Source: Candidatus Latescibacterota bacterium
GTDB lineage: Bacteria > Latescibacterota > CBDEFO01
Direction: 5' to 3'
NCBI GenBank assembly: GCA_965248755.1
Contig: OZ252149.1
Span: 2,080,001-2,144,000, forward strand
Length of the DNA: 64,000 bases
Positions 60,955 through 64,000 of the stretch are shown in pieces. A program made the position numbers and the translations under genes. The notes below the pieces were generated by a model, which was given only the letters and a program-made list of their open reading frames with translations, searched no databases and was not told where the DNA came from. Numbering within the stretch: the first letter of the stretch is position 1; each line of letters opens with the position of its first letter.

Positions 60955-63168
60955 ATGGAAATTAAAAGAGAAATGATACTACTTCCTCTGGCTGGTTTGA
61001 TCTATCTTTCATTGTTAATCGGCGGTGTCCAGGCAAAGGAAATAATCATCCTCGGCGGAGATGAGGGGAATTCGTGGGCAGACGGCGGCGGAGGCATCAC
61101 ACCTGTCTTTATAGTGGGTCCCAAGGAAGTGGAACTCGGAAACACGCCGGGCGGAGTAATCGATTTTGATTTCGAGGACAGAACAGACTGGGTATTTCCC
61201 GAAAGATCGGATCCGACGAAAAATATCGCAATAGGGCTCATCGACAGGGGAGGTTCGATAGAAGACAACCTGTTTGACACCACCGAGGGCGATTTGATAC
61301 AAATGATAGACAACAACGCCGAAACCGCCTTTGAAAGGAAGAGTACTGAGCTAAAGATGGTCTTCACTTTTGGGGTAATAATAACATTCGATTTAGGATC
61401 GCGGTTCGGTGTGGGTAGGCTGAAGTTTTTCCCCAGAAACGCCGATCCTGACTTTGCTGCATCGGACTTTCCGTTTCAGGACGATTTTATAAGAGCATAT
61501 GAGATCTTTTTCAACGATGGCAGCGAAGAGACCCAAAGCGGTGGCAGACCGATATTTACAAGCTTCCTGCTTGAGCAGCAAAACGATCAAGCTGTGGTGG
61601 ATATGTCGATAGTCCCTCAGTATATTCGCTTTATCAGGATCAGGTCGCAGACGACCGTCGGTTTTGAAATATCGGAGTTCCAGGTCTTCGGAGTGGGGTT
61701 CGTGCCTGTTGCGGAGTATCAATCTGACATATTCGATTTAGGGGAGGGGTTAGCCCTCTGGGGGAACATACGCTGGGAGGAGGATATAATAGGCGATGCT
61801 GTCCTCTCCGGCGCTGCGATAAGGACAAGGAGCGGAATAGACGACAGCCCTGTGCTGTTCAATCGAATCAGAGACGACCTTGCAGAAGTGCCGTGGAAAA
61901 GGGAAGGAGACCTCGAGGGTTCAAGGGAAAGGGAGATAGTAGCAGAGCTCGACAGCCCCGATCTGAATGTGAGGGAGGCTATGCTTACGTTCAGCGAATT
62001 GACTCCGGAGGAGAGGAACAGTATATCTCTTACGCGGTCTGACCACACCGGCCTGTCATCAACCAAGAAGGGTTCGGTAAGGGACGACATAGAAAACTGG
62101 AGTCTTTGGACGCCGCCCTATTCTCCCGCGGGGATAGTGACATCGGGGGAGGTGGCAGCAGGGGAAGGGGGCGTCAGGATTCTCTCTCCGGGGCCACGCC
62201 GGTTCTTCCAGGTTAAGATAGACTTTTCCAACGACGAACTCTTTGCGTCAAGGGGCATCGGCGCACTATCCTTTGACTTTTCCAGCCCGCCCCTCGCAGA
62301 GGAGATATTAGCTGAAATATCCCCCCGACAGGTAGATTTAGGGGAAATTACAGAGTTTTCTTATTGGATCTTGCCCCACATACGGCCGGGATTTGACAAA
62401 GGGTTCAACTCCTTTGAGATCACGACCCCTGTCAGGGTGACATCTATTGACAAGATAGAGATGAGCTTTCCGGATGGGACAAAGGTCACTGAGGACTTTT
62501 CCGATGCAGACCTTACCAACTTGCCCGTAAGTCGTGGTAATTTTAGCATAGACCTTGTGGAGGAAGATCGCTTCGGAATCAGCTTCCCCAGGGTTGAAAA
62601 CAGCAATGTAGAGACACGGGAGATGACAACTGTAAATGTGACCTTCAAGGGCGTAGTGCTGAGAATCGGGACGGCGTTCACAGGCAGGGCGTTAAACAGC
62701 CTCACTGGAGAGCTCGAACTCCCTCAGGAGGTGATAGGGGCAAACGTGGTCGACCTGAGCCAGGAAGAACTCAATGTAGCCCATCTGCGGAACCAGGCAA
62801 ACCTTGTGGTGCAGGTCGCGATAGAGGAGGATCTTCTGATTAACGTCAAGGCAGTTCCGAATCCTTTCACGCCAAACGGGGATGGTATCAACGACTTTAC
62901 AGACATAAACTACGATATTACGAGCTTAACCAGCAAGGGGAAGGTTACGGTAGGTGTCTACGACCTTTCGGGGAGGCTCCTCAAAGAGTTATACTCGGGT
63001 CGTGACGCGAGCGGAAGTTATTCCAGTCAGAATCGTGAATCATTGAGATGGGAGGGGAGGGATAAAGATGGGAATCTACTGCCGCCGGGGATATATATCT
63101 TCAGGGTAGAGATAGATGCCGACGCAGATAACGAAGGAGCAAGCGGAACTGTAGCGGTAGTATATTAG
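60955..63168 (+). CDS. Secreted FlgD-Ig/CHU_C-like protein (distant paralog 3)
   Basis: IRTRSG.D, ENWS.W..PY, SPGPRRFFQ, PNPFTPNGDGIND, WEGRD..G.LLPPGIY. Confidence 0.8.
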   Translation: MEIKREMILLPLAGLIYLSLLIGGVQAKEIIILGGDEGNSWADGGGGITPVFIVGPKEVELGNTPGGVIDFDFEDRTDWVFPERSDPTKNIAIGLIDRGGSIEDNLFDTTEGDLIQMIDNNAETAFERKSTELKMVFTFGVIITFDLGSRFGVGRLKFFPRNADPDFAASDFPFQDDFIRAYEIFFNDGSEETQSGGRPIFTSFLLEQQNDQAVVDMSIVPQYIRFIRIRSQTTVGFEISEFQVFGVGFVPVAEYQSDIFDLGEGLALWGNIRWEEDIIGDAVLSGAAIRTRSGIDDSPVLFNRIRDDLAEVPWKREGDLEGSREREIVAELDSPDLNVREAMLTFSELTPEERNSISLTRSDHTGLSSTKKGSVRDDIENWSLWTPPYSPAGIVTSGEVAAGEGGVRILSPGPRRFFQVKIDFSNDELFASRGIGALSFDFSSPPLAEEILAEISPRQVDLGEITEFSYWILPHIRPGFDKGFNSFEITTPVRVTSIDKIEMSFPDGTKVTEDFSDADLTNLPVSRGNFSIDLVEEDRFGISFPRVENSNVETREMTTVNVTFKGVVLRIGTAFTGRALNSLTGELELPQEVIGANVVDLSQEELNVAHLRNQANLVVQVAIEEDLLINVKAVPNPFTPNGDGINDFTDINYDITSLTSKGKVTVGVYDLSGRLLKELYSGRDASGSYSSQNRESLRWEGRDKDGNLLPPGIYIFRVEIDADADNEGASGTVAVVY

Positions 63169-63237
63169 TAGATAGGAAGGGAGAAAGACGATCTGTCTAC
63201 TAGCTACCGTCTACCACTTTGGACAGGGGGTATCCTA

Positions 63238-64000
63238 ATGTTAAAAAGCTATAAGATCTTAGTGATTTTTCTCCTTTTAGCTGTGATTTTTGGCGATAGC
63301 GCCTATGCTCAGCAGTACGGTGTCCGTACAGGAGAAAGACGGGGCGGCGCAGTCACATTCGAACCCAGAGGCCCAGGGGTGCTCTTCGGACCGCTAGATC
63401 CTGTGGTGAAAAAATGGTACGTCCCTCAGGAGCTCTACCAGGAGTACCAGTGGAAATCGTGGGAGTACTCCAATTATGCCAGGGACCCCTACGAGCGCTA
63501 CGTGGACATCGCACGTGAGGGCGACTACTTTTACGATCTCTATGGAAACTATGTGACAAAGGGCTGGCTCATCTATGACTGGAGGCAGGAGGCTCCAGCT
63601 CCCCTTGGAAGTTCTCTTTTCAAGGATACAAGGTACAATACATGGTTCAGCAGCGTCCTGGCCTCCTCCGACTCGAAAGGGTCCCACTACTACTCTATAA
63701 CCGTAGGCGACCGGATCAGGACTACTTTAACCCCTCTGACCTTTTCAAAGCCCCGCTACAACGGGATACAGTTGGACCTTGCGTCGGATAGGTATGAGGC
63801 TACCGTTTTACTTTCACGGATCAGCAGCCCTGTAGTTGGCTCAAGCGGTACGACACCAAGAACGCGGACTAATAGTACAAATTTGATCGGAGGCAGGGCG
63901 ACAGCTCAGGTGGGAGATTTTGTCAAAGTCGGAGCGACCTTTATCAACGCTCACAACTCCCGGAGCACCGTGGACGCCTTCAGCGGCAACAGCTTTAAGG
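63238..64000 (+). CDS. Exported protein of unknown function, partial (runs off the window; absent from the ORF track)
   Basis: Open frame MLKSYKILVIFLLLAVIFGDSAYA-QQYGVRTGERRGGAVTFEPRGPGVLFGPLDPVVKKWYVPQELY...TLTPLTFSKPRYNGIQLD...NLIGGRATAQVGDFVKVGATFINAH with no stop. Confidence 0.85.
   Translation, partial: MLKSYKILVIFLLLAVIFGDSAYAQQYGVRTGERRGGAVTFEPRGPGVLFGPLDPVVKKWYVPQELYQEYQWKSWEYSNYARDPYERYVDIAREGDYFYDLYGNYVTKGWLIYDWRQEAPAPLGSSLFKDTRYNTWFSSVLASSDSKGSHYYSITVGDRIRTTLTPLTFSKPRYNGIQLDLASDRYEATVLLSRISSPVVGSSGTTPRTRTNSTNLIGGRATAQVGDFVKVGATFINAHNSRSTVDAFSGNSFK

Overview
This is a bacterial chromosomal window. Secreted proteins with FlgD/T9SS-like C-termini and dockerin/cohesin modules suggest an FCB-group organism, possibly Ca. 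Latescibacterota (inference). Region 1-7.2 kb is an accessory block of surface proteins ending in a dead tyrosine integrase next to tRNA-Thr(TGT). Region 7.4-25 kb holds core and metabolic genes (cysS, ispDF, hydantoinase A/B, isocitrate/isopropylmalate dehydrogenase family, UDG) with several pseudogenes. Region 25.4-34.0 kb is a membrane-arm-only complex I cluster (nuoA-H-J-K-L-M-N, no nuoBCDEFGI). It is bracketed by a ~90-bp structured inverted repeat and interrupted by an ankyrin gene with integron-cassette boundaries. After tRNA-Phe(GAA), a ~26-kb island carries an IS1595 remnant, a desaturase, tandem diversified FlgD/CHU_C-type proteins and a mosaic array of secreted glycoside-hydrolase-like paralogs. 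The most striking signal is a tiny palindromic element (core CCCCGAWTGAMTYTATCGGGG, at least 15 copies). Paralog comparison shows it as an exact 27-bp, frame-preserving insertion with no target duplication at three independent filled/empty site pairs, including inside signal peptides. All family assignments come from motif recognition by eye; no searches were run.
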